A stretch of 32,000 nt of DNA from Candidatus Brevifilum fermentans (GCF_900184705.1 NZ_LT859958.1:793081-825080), one strand, 5' to 3'. Shown: positions 9,451-18,605, numbered from the stretch's first letter. Notes: a model not told the origin generated them from the letters alone. Made by a program: numbers and translations.

Positions 9451-9511
9451 GTTTCCCTGCGATCATTGGTCTGGCAGGAAAACAATCACTATCAAACTTG
9501 GAGGAAGAATC

Positions 9512-10879
9512 ATGAACAACGAGCACTATAAATACCTGTTAACCGAGAACGATCTGCCAAAGAGCTGGTACAACATCAACGCCGATATGCCTGTACCGCT
9601 GACGCCGGTGTTGAACCCGCAAACCAGGGAGCCGATCACAGCCGAATTTTTAAACGTGTTGTTTCCCATGTCTCTCATTGAACAGGAAATGAGCACCGAT
9701 CGGTACATCGACATCCCTGAAGAGGTGCGCGAGATTTATAAGCTGTGGCGACCGACCCCCCTGCTGCGCGCCCGCCGCCTGGAAAAAGCCCTGGGAACGC
9801 CCGCCCATATCTATTACAAAAATGAAGGCGCTTCGATCACGGGCAGTCACAAAACCAACACTGCTGTAGCCCAGGCTTTTTATAATAAGATTGATGGCAC
9901 GCGGTCACTAACGACCGAGACGGGCGCAGGTCAATGGGGAGCAGCCCTGGCAGTTGCCTGTAAGTTTTTTGATATGAACCTGGAAGTCTTTATGGTCAGG
10001 GGTTCATTTTATGATAAACCTTACCGCAGGATTATCATTGAAAGCTATGACGCTGAAATCTTCCCCAGCCCCTCGGACCGCACGGATTATGGACGCAAGT
10101 ACCTGCAGGAAAACCCTGAAGGTCCGGGTTCGCTGGGGATTGCGATCTCAGAGGCTGTTGAAACTGCTGTCAAATCCAATGGTGAAAAGAAGTACAGCCT
10201 GGGTTCGGTTCTGAACCATGTTTTGCTACACCAAACGGTGATTGGGCAGGAATGCCTGAAACAAATGGAAATGGCAGATGAGTACCCCGATGTGGTCATT
10301 GCTTGCTGCGGCGGCGGATCAAATTTTGGAGGAATTGCTTTTCCGTTTTTGCACAGGAATTTAACTGAAGGACTCCAAACACGAATTGTTGCGGTTGAAC
10401 CACAGGCAACCCCAACCCTGACAAAGGGATTGTATGCCTTTGACTATGGAGATACAGCAAAAATGGCGCCGATCTTGAAGATGTTCACCCTCGGTCACGA
10501 TTTTATCCCGGCACCAATTCACGCCGGCGGGTTGCGCTATCACGGAATGGCGCCCCAGATCTGTATGCTTTACGACGCCGGATACATTGAAGCGGTTGCC
10601 ATCCCCCAGTTGGAAACCTTTGAGGCGGGCGTGTTGTTTGCCCAAACCGAAGGGATTATCCCTGCGCCTGAATCATCCCATGCCATCCGGGCAGCGATCG
10701 ATGAGGCACTGGACGCGAAAGAAAAAGGAGAGGAGCGGGTGATCCTGTTTAACCTTTCGGGGCACGGGCTGCTGGATCTTTCCGCCTATGATGCCTATCA
10801 CCAGGGACAATTGGTGAATGACACTTTGGATGTTAACCCTGAAGAAATTCGAAAGATGCTGCCGAAGGTCGATTTTTAA
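9512..10879 (+). CDS. trpB: Tryptophan synthase beta chain, TrpB2 (long, stand-alone) type
   Basis: 455 aa. N terminus [20 protein letters not shown] is typical of the TrpB2 class, and the PLP-lysine motif GSHKTN is present. The ORF track start (9335) runs through the T-box. ATG 9512 has GGAGGA at 9500-9505. Confidence 0.88.
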   Translation: MNNEHYKYLLTENDLPKSWYNINADMPVPLTPVLNPQTREPITAEFLNVLFPMSLIEQEMSTDRYIDIPEEVREIYKLWRPTPLLRARRLEKALGTPAHIYYKNEGASITGSHKTNTAVAQAFYNKIDGTRSLTTETGAGQWGAALAVACKFFDMNLEVFMVRGSFYDKPYRRIIIESYDAEIFPSPSDRTDYGRKYLQENPEGPGSLGIAISEAVETAVKSNGEKKYSLGSVLNHVLLHQTVIGQECLKQMEMADEYPDVVIACCGGGSNFGGIAFPFLHRNLTEGLQTRIVAVEPQATPTLTKGLYAFDYGDTAKMAPILKMFTLGHDFIPAPIHAGGLRYHGMAPQICMLYDAGYIEAVAIPQLETFEAGVLFAQTEGIIPAPESSHAIRAAIDEALDAKEKGEERVILFNLSGHGLLDLSAYDAYHQGQLVNDTLDVNPEEIRKMLPKVDF

Positions 10880-11013
10880 TTCAATACCTGGTGATCTTAT
10901 CAAGAACTGAGAAAATATCCTTGTTGAAATCAAAGGGAATTGAACCAGAAATTGAAAAAACTGTTAATAAAGAGAATAAATATGATAAAATAACCAGGTT
11001 GCGCAAATTTTTT

Positions 11014-11043
11014 AAAGGTGGGGGCACACTGAACCCCACCTTT
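11014..11043 (+). terminator. Hairpin AAAGGTGGGG/CCCCACCTTT (trpB2 terminator or leader structure of the next operon)
   Basis: 10-bp perfect stem with a 10-nt loop, followed by GTTGG. It lies about 135 nt after the trpB2 stop. It also lies downstream of a possible extended -10 (TGATAAAAT, 10983-10991). Confidence 0.45.
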
Positions 11044-11071
11044 GTTGGATGACTAATTATTTTTGGAGGAA

Positions 11072-11839
11072 ATGGTGAGCGTTTATTTGTATCTATCCCT
11101 GATTCCAGAAGCTCTGATCGCGTCGATGCTCTCCCCGGAGGAGTTCGGTGTTTATTATGCCGTGGGAAGTAAAAAGAAGTCCAGCGGTCAGGCGATATTC
11201 TTTCAGGTGAACCCGGAATTTCGTAGTAAGTATTTTAGGATCCAGGAAGGCCTGGCGCGTTGTGTTCCCCATGAAGATGGCGCACCGAAGGCTTCAATCT
11301 ACATCAGCGTGTATCGTGTGCTGGAACATGTGCCCATAACAGAGCTGGGAAAGCTCTACGTTGTCACCCAGGATGGACGCACACTGGGATTGGAGCACAG
11401 CGAAGAGTTCCCAGTCAACGATGATGGCTTGCACCTGTATAAAGAAATTGCGCCGGTCACGCCGTTGATTGCCAGTCGTTTGAACGCGATAGACTTTTTT
11501 GACCTGATCGTCAGGAATCCAACCTCGCTGGTCACCCTGCCAGCGGTCGCCTTTACCGAGTTGCGCCTGGGTGAACTGGCGACCGATCCGGTTTTAGGGC
11601 AGGCAGGCGATTTGCCCTATTCCAACATGGATCATTTACGGGAGGTGCTGTTGGATTTGAAGACCAAATCTGTTGCCACCAAGATGGTAGATCGCATCAG
11701 TCCGGCCAGCTTTTCCTACCGAACGGTAAAGAACGGCTTTTATGTGGGCAATGAAAATGGACTGCGATATTACCCGATGCCTTCATCCGAAGTTTTGCTA
11801 GCCCAGCATTATCGCTGGTGGCGTTCGGCGAATATGTAA
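11072..11839 (+). CDS. Hypothetical soluble protein, no family recognised
   Basis: Uninterrupted 256-258 codon ORF with protein-like composition. GGAGG at 11065-11069. The start is ambiguous (TTG 11063, ATG 11072 or GTG 11075). It ends 37 nt before the hppA ATG. Confidence 0.65.
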   Translation: MVSVYLYLSLIPEALIASMLSPEEFGVYYAVGSKKKSSGQAIFFQVNPEFRSKYFRIQEGLARCVPHEDGAPKASIYISVYRVLEHVPITELGKLYVVTQDGRTLGLEHSEEFPVNDDGLHLYKEIAPVTPLIASRLNAIDFFDLIVRNPTSLVTLPAVAFTELRLGELATDPVLGQAGDLPYSNMDHLREVLLDLKTKSVATKMVDRISPASFSYRTVKNGFYVGNENGLRYYPMPSSEVLLAQHYRWWRSANM

Positions 11840-11876
11840 ACTGCATGATCATCATTAGCGTTTTTTGGAGAAAATC

Positions 11877-13943
11877 ATGGATAAATTTTGGCTTTATCTA
11901 AGCATTGGGGCAAGTATCCTCTCGATTGGGGTTGCCCTGTATTTATTTTTCTGGGTTAAAAAACAACCGGAAGGATCACCGAAGGCAAAAGAGGTGGCTT
12001 CCTGGATTCGAGATGGGTCTCGAACGTATTTGAAACGGCTTTACCGGACATTAATACTGGTTGTGGTGATTTTAGGGTTCCTGATTGCGATCGTGTTCAG
12101 TTTTGATTTATCAAAGATATCGACCAGCCAGGTTGCTGTTGTGCCGATTAATGGTCTGGTGATGTCGGTTTCCTTTATCTTGGGTGCGCTGTGCTCAGCG
12201 ATTGCCGGGTATTTAGGCATGAGTGTTGCCGTTGAAGCCAATGTCCGCACAGCCACGGCAGCCAATGAATCGATCAATAAAGCTTTTCGCCTCTCCTTTT
12301 ACGCAGGTTCTGTTATGGGCCTGGCGATGGTCGGATTGGCAGTATTTGGAATGAGCATGATCTTTTTGATCACCAAAGACGCTGAATCGATTTTAGGATT
12401 CAGTTTTGGTGCGTCGACCCTGGCATTGCTAGCCAAGGCTGGCGGCGGAATTTACACAAAAACTGCCGATATTGCTGCAGACCTGGTAGGCAAAGTTGAG
12501 GTCGGGATCCCGGAAGATGACCCCCGCAATCCGGCTGTGGTAGCAGACAATGTGGGCGACAATGTCGGCGATGTTGCCGGCATGGGGGCGGATATTTTTG
12601 ACAGTTATGTTGCGGCAGTGGTGGCGGTGATGATCCTGGGGGCTTCTTCTGCCCGGCTCGGACTGAATTACGTGGTATTGCCGTTGATCATCTGTTCGTT
12701 GGGGATCCTGGCTTCGCTGATTGGCATCCAATTTGTACGGGTGGGCAAAAATGGGAAACCGGGTCCGGCATTGAACCGTGGCACTGTGATTACCACGATT
12801 AGCTTTGCCGTTATGGTGAGCGCTTTTGTGCTGGCCACCTCTGTCAACCTCGGTGTGATTTGGGCAACCATCACTGGTCTGGGCGCCGGTGTAATAATCG
12901 GCATTACCTCGGATTATTTCACCTCTGATGACCGAAAACCGGTTTTCAGAACAGCCGAGGTCTCCCAGTCAGGCGCTGCGATCAACATCATCACGGGTTT
13001 CAGTTATGGTTTGGCAAGCATTGTCCCCTCGGTCATCGGGATTGCCGTGGCGACGCTTCTGGCTTACTACCTGGCGGAGGTCAACGGGCTTGCGGGGATC
13101 TATGGGATTGGGATCAGTGCTGTGGGGATGCTTTCTATCAGCGGGATGATTGTCTCGGCGGATGCCTATGGACCGATTGTGGATAATGCTCGTGGGATTG
13201 CCGAGATGTCTGGAATGGACCATCACGTGATTGAGACAACGGACGTGCTGGATGCCGCAGGCAATACCGCCAAAGCAATCACCAAGGGTTTCAGCATCAG
13301 TGCTGCAGCCTTGACGGTGTTGGCGCTATTTGCAGCCTATGCAGAGGTGGTCACCGCCAGCGGTCTTCAGGTCAATATGAGCTTGCGCGAACCAATTGTG
13401 GTGGTTGGCATATTGTTAGGTTTGATGACGCCACCGTTGTTTAGCGCACTGACCATGCTTTCGGTAACAGAAAACGCATTTGCAATGATCGAGGAAATCC
13501 GTCGCCAATTTCGGGAGCGACCGGGCATTCTGGCAGGGACCGAAACACCGGATTATGATGCCTGTGTGGACATGGCAGCCAAAGGCTCGCTCTCTTCGCT
13601 GCTGTGGCCAGCATTAATCGCTGTTGGCTTGCCATTGTTAATCGGGTTTGTGTTGGGTCCTAATGCCCTGGGTGGATTCCTGGGCGGCAGCATCTTCACC
13701 GGAGTGATCTTTGCGCTATTTATGGCGAATGGAGGTGGCTTGTGGGACAACGCAAAAAAATATATTGAAGCGGGCAACTTTGGCGGCCCCGGCTCTGACG
13801 CCCACAAAGCCAGCGTAGTTGGTGACACGGTCGGCGATCCTTTTAAAGACACAGCCGGACCTTCGCTCAACACGCTGATTACGGTCATGTCGCTGGTGGC
13901 GTCCTTGTTTGCGCCACTGATTGCCGCGTTTCATTTGTTTTGA
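11877..13943 (+). CDS. hppA: Membrane-bound proton-translocating pyrophosphatase (H+-PPase)
   Basis: About 688 aa polytopic protein with PPase motifs DNVGDNVGD, GGLWDNAKKYIE and GDTVGDPFKDT. The GNTAKA segment has Lys at the position that distinguishes K+-independent enzymes. I prefer ATG 11877 (GGAGA at 11868-11872) over TTG 11865. Confidence 0.93.
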   Translation: MDKFWLYLSIGASILSIGVALYLFFWVKKQPEGSPKAKEVASWIRDGSRTYLKRLYRTLILVVVILGFLIAIVFSFDLSKISTSQVAVVPINGLVMSVSFILGALCSAIAGYLGMSVAVEANVRTATAANESINKAFRLSFYAGSVMGLAMVGLAVFGMSMIFLITKDAESILGFSFGASTLALLAKAGGGIYTKTADIAADLVGKVEVGIPEDDPRNPAVVADNVGDNVGDVAGMGADIFDSYVAAVVAVMILGASSARLGLNYVVLPLIICSLGILASLIGIQFVRVGKNGKPGPALNRGTVITTISFAVMVSAFVLATSVNLGVIWATITGLGAGVIIGITSDYFTSDDRKPVFRTAEVSQSGAAINIITGFSYGLASIVPSVIGIAVATLLAYYLAEVNGLAGIYGIGISAVGMLSISGMIVSADAYGPIVDNARGIAEMSGMDHHVIETTDVLDAAGNTAKAITKGFSISAAALTVLALFAAYAEVVTASGLQVNMSLREPIVVVGILLGLMTPPLFSALTMLSVTENAFAMIEEIRRQFRERPGILAGTETPDYDACVDMAAKGSLSSLLWPALIAVGLPLLIGFVLGPNALGGFLGGSIFTGVIFALFMANGGGLWDNAKKYIEAGNFGGPGSDAHKASVVGDTVGDPFKDTAGPSLNTLITVMSLVASLFAPLIAAFHLF

Positions 13944-13946
13944 AGG

Positions 13947-13968
13947 TTGTGAATAGCGAATTGTGAAT
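13947..13968 (+). repeat. Direct repeat TTGTGAAT x2, 14-nt register
   Basis: TTGTGAAT at 13947-13954 and 13961-13968, immediately after the hppA stop. GAATTTGAAATTTGGA follows. Confidence 0.3.
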
Positions 13969-14056
13969 CGGAATTTGAAATTTGGATCGGTTTTCAGGCA
14001 AAAGGCGCCAGCGACATGCGATCAACGATGAGATACCAATCACTGTTTGCCACTCA

Positions 14057-14353
14057 ATGGTCTCGATGACTTTTGATATGAATTTCTCAAAGGCAACCCC
14101 TGATTATGGGGGCGGTTTGTCCCTGGACGAGCTGGTTGGCATGCCTGCGGGTTCGATTTACGGCGCCAAACTCCCAAATGGTGAGGCCTTTCAGACAGTT
14201 CTGCGGGCATCAGGGTATATGCTGCAGGCTGAGCTGGCGTTGTATCGGTTGATAGAAATTTGGGCAGACGGGCACACCGCCTGGCATGGAGATAAGCGAG
14301 ACGACCCGGTGGTGGTGACGCCATCGGGTCAGTTGATCCGTACCCGGGGATGA
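14057..14353 (+). CDS. Small hypothetical protein (about 95-98 aa from ATG 14057/14066; the ORF track starts at TTG 13982)
   Basis: Open frame with protein-like composition (..GGGLSLDELVGMPAGSIYGAKLPNGEAF..). There is no recognisable motif and no clear SD. Confidence 0.4.
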   Translation: MVSMTFDMNFSKATPDYGGGLSLDELVGMPAGSIYGAKLPNGEAFQTVLRASGYMLQAELALYRLIEIWADGHTAWHGDKRDDPVVVTPSGQLIRTRG

Positions 14354-14364
14354 GTGCGAACGAA

Positions 14365-15165
14365 TTATTCCTTTCGCAGGGCTGAGGTCAAATTTGCCTG
14401 GATATCTTTGGGAAAGGATGCCAGGCAGTTCTTAATTAACCACGACGTTTCAGGTGAAATGCTGGTCGCAAGAATCTGCCTGAGGAAGTAACCGGTCTCC
14501 TGGGGAGAGATTTTCGCCAGGGTGATCATCAGGTTTTCTAAATCCTGGATGAAGGCGTGATGGGGGTCCCTGATGAAGGGGCTTGCTAAGCGAAAAATGG
14601 CCGGCAGGTTGTGAAAACCAGGCGATTTTGCACCTGCTGCCAGGGCTTGGATCCCCAGGGAGTTGATTGCCGGATCGGTATCAGAGAGCAAGGAAAACAC
14701 CCAGGACTCCCAGGCCTGGGGGAAGCGATCTTGCAGGTTGCGGGTGCCCACCATGAACAAATCTGATTTAAGCACCTGATCTAAACCCGGTGAAAGCCAG
14801 CTCGTGATTCGATCAAGGATCAATTGTGGGTCTTCAACGGGCATCTCTCCGATGATGAACAACGCTGTGTGTTTGACCTCGTAGTAGCTGTCCTCCCATA
14901 GCTCATCTGCCAGTGCCAGGGCAGCATGCGGGTTTTCTGAAATGTAAGGTCCCAGGTCAAATTTAATCTGACGCATCACCGGGTGAGGTAGATGGTACAT
15001 GGGAATAAGGGGACGCATGGGGGCGGTTTCTCCAAAACGCAGGCTGTAGTTCGCATAGAGACTGAATAAATTGCGCAAAGCCTGGCGAAATTCAACCGGC
15101 GACCCGAACTGACCCATTAACGACTCGGTTTGGTGCCGCAAGCGCGTGGGATCAACTGCGGTCAT
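14365..15165 (-). CDS. All-alpha HEAT-like repeat protein, tentatively DNA alkylation repair (AlkD-like) family
   Basis: 266 aa. The segment YHLPHPVMRQIK...LADELWEDSYYEVKHTALFII resembles the AlkD-family pattern (G-x-x-P-x-x-R ... ELW ... E-x-x-x-AL) as I recall it. It lies directly downstream of proS on the same strand. Confidence 0.5.
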   Translation of the reverse strand: MTAVDPTRLRHQTESLMGQFGSPVEFRQALRNLFSLYANYSLRFGETAPMRPLIPMYHLPHPVMRQIKFDLGPYISENPHAALALADELWEDSYYEVKHTALFIIGEMPVEDPQLILDRITSWLSPGLDQVLKSDLFMVGTRNLQDRFPQAWESWVFSLLSDTDPAINSLGIQALAAGAKSPGFHNLPAIFRLASPFIRDPHHAFIQDLENLMITLAKISPQETGYFLRQILATSISPETSWLIKNCLASFPKDIQANLTSALRKE

Positions 15166-15239
15166 AAATCCTCAGCTCCCGGGCTGGTGGTGAAGTTTCT
15201 ATTGTGTGGTTCATCGCGGATCCCCCAACAAAGATGGGT

Positions 15240-16676
15240 TTAATACGCCCTGGCGAAATAGGCTTTCTCAGTCGTCTCCTCACCGCTGAAGATACACCTG
15301 CCTTTTCCACCAGGTTGCTCCAGGGGGAGGCAGCGCAGGGTTGCCCTGGTGTCCTCTTTAACACGGGCTTCGTTTTCCACGCTTTGCTTCCACCACACAT
15401 AACACCAACCATCGGCCGCGATAATTTCTTTGAATTCTTCGTAGTTCTGTGGTTGATGAATGTTTTCATCCCTGAATTGGGTGGCTTTGACCAGCATATT
15501 GATCTGGATGGCTTCCAGAATGGAGCTGACCGTGTCGGCGATGCCTTCCTGTGAGACAAAGGATTTTCCTTCCCGCCCGGGGATATCGCGGCGGGCCAAG
15601 GCAACCGTGTGGTTGGCTACATCTTTCGGTCCGATCTCCAGGCGTAAGGGCACCCCGCGCAGTTCCCACTCGTTGAACTTGAAGCCCGGGGTGACTTCAG
15701 TGCGATCGTCCACTTTGACCCTAAAGGCAGAAAGTTCATGTTTGACGCGCTCCACTGCAGCCATCACCAGAGTTTGTTCTTCATCCTTGCGGAAGATAGG
15801 CACGATCACCACCTGGATGGGCGCCAGTCGCGGGGGCAGGACCAGGCCCTGATCATCGCCGTGAGTCATGATAATGGCACCGATAAAGCGTGTGGAAAGG
15901 CCCCATGAGGTGGTCCAACAGTATTGAAGGGTATTGTTTTCGTCCAGGTACTGGATATCGAAGGCTTTGGCGAAGTTCTGCCCCAGGTTGTGGCTGGTGC
16001 CGGCCTGGAGGGCTTTTTTATCGCCCATCATGGCTTCGATGGTATACGAGCGCACCGCGCCGGCGAATTTTTCACTTTCGCTTTTGCACCCCGGGATCAC
16101 AGGCACGGCGGCTTCGTTGATGGCGAAATCGGTATAGACATCCAGCATCTGCAGGGTTTCAGCTTCAGCCTCTTCAGCCGTGGCGTGGGCAGTGTGGCCT
16201 TCCTGCCAGTAGAACTCCAGGGTGCGCAGGAACAGGCGGGTGCGCATCTCCCAACGGACGACGTTGGCCCACTGGTTGATCAGCACGGGCAGGTCACGGT
16301 AGGACTGGATCCATTTGGCGTACATGTGCCCGATGATCGTCTCGGAGGTAGGCCGAACGATGAGGGGCTCTTCCAGCTCACTGCCACCGCCAATGGTGAC
16401 CACCGCCAGCTCGGGGGAGAATCCCTCCACGTGCTCTTTTTCCTTCTCCATGAAGGACATGGGGATAAACAGGGGAAAAGCAGCGTTGACATGACCGGTG
16501 GCTTTGAAGCGCTGATCCAGGGTGGCCTGGATGTTCTCCCACAACGACCAACCGTAGGGGCGCACGACCATACAGCCGCGAACAGGGGCATAATCAGCCA
16601 GTTCTGCGCGCTGCACGAGCTGGTTGTACCATTCTGAATAATTTTCTGCTTTGGGGGTTAATTTCTTCTCATCCAT
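15240..16676 (-). CDS. proS: Prolyl-tRNA synthetase, archaeal/eukaryote-like type
   Basis: About 478 aa. N terminus FSEWYNQLVQRAELADYAPVRGCMVVRPYG, class II motifs, and the terminal ...YFARAY Tyr typical of this ProRS type. I prefer ATG 16676 over TTG 16691. Confidence 0.92.
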   Translation of the reverse strand: MDEKKLTPKAENYSEWYNQLVQRAELADYAPVRGCMVVRPYGWSLWENIQATLDQRFKATGHVNAAFPLFIPMSFMEKEKEHVEGFSPELAVVTIGGGSELEEPLIVRPTSETIIGHMYAKWIQSYRDLPVLINQWANVVRWEMRTRLFLRTLEFYWQEGHTAHATAEEAEAETLQMLDVYTDFAINEAAVPVIPGCKSESEKFAGAVRSYTIEAMMGDKKALQAGTSHNLGQNFAKAFDIQYLDENNTLQYCWTTSWGLSTRFIGAIIMTHGDDQGLVLPPRLAPIQVVIVPIFRKDEEQTLVMAAVERVKHELSAFRVKVDDRTEVTPGFKFNEWELRGVPLRLEIGPKDVANHTVALARRDIPGREGKSFVSQEGIADTVSSILEAIQINMLVKATQFRDENIHQPQNYEEFKEIIAADGWCYVWWKQSVENEARVKEDTRATLRCLPLEQPGGKGRCIFSGEETTEKAYFARAY

Positions 16677-16707
16677 AATGACTTTCTGCAATAAACGATC
16701 ATTGGGT

Positions 16708-17259
16708 TTAAACCAAACCTAAAAAATGTCTCAACAGCTCTAAGGCTGTGCTGGGGTCAGGTGCATAAGCCAGGTACTGGCGGTCGTCCACGGGGATATA
16801 ATCGCCCAATTCAGAAAAAAAGGTTTCCAACACCTTTTGCCAGGCGCTCCCCAGGAGGATCACGGGTTTGGGTTCGATGATGCCAATTACGAGCTGGTTC
16901 CAGGTGAGGGCGATTTCGAGTAGGGTTCCAATCCCGCCAGGCAGGGCAATGGCAGCATCACAATGGGTGACCAATGTGTTCAAACGGTCATTGAAGGAGT
17001 GGCAGCGCCATTCCTCGGCAACCCAGGCATTGGGATCGGTCGGTCGCCAGACTTCAATTTCGTCGCAGGTGACGCCGATGACGTGCCCTCCAGCTTCACT
17101 GGCGCCACGCGATACGGCTTCCATGGTACCCGAATAACCGCCAGTGAGCACGGTCATCCCGGCAGTGGCCAGCAATTGACCTAATTTTAAGGCCTCGAGA
17201 TAAGGCGGAGTGCCCGGTTTAGGGGCAGATCCGCCAAAAACGCTAATCTTTTTTTCCAT
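16708..17259 (-). CDS. LOG family protein (TIGR00725/00730-like nucleotide N-glycosidase fold)
   Basis: Motifs ISVFGGS, LTGGYSGTMEAVSRGA and PGGIGTLLE. The start is ATG 17259 or ATG 17274; both overlap the MazG-like gene's 3' end. Confidence 0.8.
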   Translation of the reverse strand: MEKKISVFGGSAPKPGTPPYLEALKLGQLLATAGMTVLTGGYSGTMEAVSRGASEAGGHVIGVTCDEIEVWRPTDPNAWVAEEWRCHSFNDRLNTLVTHCDAAIALPGGIGTLLEIALTWNQLVIGIIEPKPVILLGSAWQKVLETFFSELGDYIPVDDRQYLAYAPDPSTALELLRHFLGLV

Positions 17260-17584
17260 TTTGCTCGCTTTCATCTATCAGGTGTTGATCCCATTCGCGT
17301 CGGTAATTGATCTTGAGTTTGTCGATCACCGCGGTTTCAAGGTCGATGCCGGTTAACCGTGCCAGTTGCAGCAAATACAGCATCACATCCGCCAGTTCAC
17401 TTGCCAATTCATCCGGGTGCCTTTGTTTTTCGGACCATTGGAACAGCTCCAATACTTCAGCAGCCTCGATGGACAGGGAAATCGCCAGGTTCTTGGGGGT
17501 CTGCGGGCGCGGGGAGTCGGGCAGGTACCAACCCTTGGCGGTGACGAAGCGGTCCATGGCGCGGGTGAGGTCTTCGATATCCAT
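17243..17584 (-). CDS. MazG-like nucleotide pyrophosphohydrolase (single-domain, about 113 aa)
   Basis: EAAEVLELFQW...ELADVMLYLLQLA...DKLKIN matches the all-alpha NTP-PPase EExxE/ExxD pattern. The ORF track N-terminal extension to 17734 has no family-like sequence, so I prefer ATG 17584. Confidence 0.75.
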   Translation of the reverse strand: MDIEDLTRAMDRFVTAKGWYLPDSPRPQTPKNLAISLSIEAAEVLELFQWSEKQRHPDELASELADVMLYLLQLARLTGIDLETAVIDKLKINYRREWDQHLIDESEQNGKKD

Positions 17585-17750
17585 TAGAAGGGAATTATAC
17601 ATGATATCGGGGGTTAATGGGGTTGCTGACAGGCAATCTTCGCATGTAGCATGCAAAAAGTAACGCAGTGTTGTACCTGTTCCCCAATTTATTCTTTCAA
17701 CACTATTGCGGACCGGTCTCCACTCATCATTCATGTATGGAGACCTTCAG

Positions 17751-18605
17751 TCAAAGACCCTTGTTTTCCTTGACTGCCAGCACGCCAAAGGCGCGCGGCT
17801 TTGCAGACACCCTGAAGCCAACCTGGCCCAGGCGTGCGATCACGCCGCGGCCGGTATTGGCCCCGTAGCGGCTATTGGGGTTGCCGATGTAATGAAACAG
17901 GCGTCCGCCGGGTTTGAGGATGCGGTACAGGTGCTGGTAGGTTTCTAATGCATACATCTCTCCAGCCAGGGAAAAGGTGGGCGGATCGTGGATGATTGCG
18001 TTGAAAGTCGCGTCGGGAAAGGCTGCAACCAGATCTACGCTGTCCCCAATCAGCGGTTGGATATTGGATAGGGTAAACAACTCGGCTGACCAGGGGTTTT
18101 GCCGGCAGATCTCGTGGACGGCGGGATCAAACTCAATGGTGACCACCTGTTCAGCGGTCTGCGCAGCCATGATGGCGGTGTAACCCAGCCCGGAAGCTGT
18201 ATCCAGGATGCGACCGTAGGGTTTCCCCAAAGCTTTCAGTTTTTGACGTGTATCCATATCAGGCGTGATGTCTTTAACCCGATGCATGGGAATTCCGGAG
18301 ATGAGCATCGTGGGCGCGCCAGCGGTCGGCATCAGGCTGTAATAACGGTTGGTGCGGGAAGAGAAAGTCTGGACTTTTTTCAACTGGCTGCCCACCAGGC
18401 GAAAACACCCATTCAAGTCGCTGGAAATGGTGTTGAGATTTGCATCTGTCAGGAGCTCTCCATCCGGCAATGCCCAGCCGGATTCAACGCGGCGCACATG
18501 GACCTTTGTCCGCCCCAGGTTGGGAGAGATGCTAATAACAGAGGCTGGGTTCTTCGCCAGCAAAGGGCTGATTTGATGGTGAGAAAATATCAGATCGTGA
18601 GGCAC
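17751..18605 (-). CDS. Class I SAM-dependent methyltransferase with DPPT motif (recalls the family annotated as predicted archaeal methyltransferase, COG2521; tentative)
   Basis: SAM motif ILDTASGLGYTA and IHDPPTFSLAGEMY (the D/N-PP-F/Y class of amino-group methyltransferases). There is no in-frame ATG near the 5' end. GTG 18605 lies 7 nt after the upstream stop; GTG 18686 (ORF track) would overlap the upstream gene by 74 nt. Confidence 0.7.
   Translation of the reverse strand: MPHDLIFSHHQISPLLAKNPASVISISPNLGRTKVHVRRVESGWALPDGELLTDANLNTISSDLNGCFRLVGSQLKKVQTFSSRTNRYYSLMPTAGAPTMLISGIPMHRVKDITPDMDTRQKLKALGKPYGRILDTASGLGYTAIMAAQTAEQVVTIEFDPAVHEICRQNPWSAELFTLSNIQPLIGDSVDLVAAFPDATFNAIIHDPPTFSLAGEMYALETYQHLYRILKPGGRLFHYIGNPNSRYGANTGRGVIARLGQVGFRVSAKPRAFGVLAVKENKGL

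Noticed and set aside
9130-9511. ORF-track extension of trpB2 back to 9335, and a 95-aa antisense ORF at 9130-9417.
   Set aside because: Both run through the T-box leader and its terminator. A proper SD plus ATG sits at 9500-9514, and the TrpB2 homology begins there.
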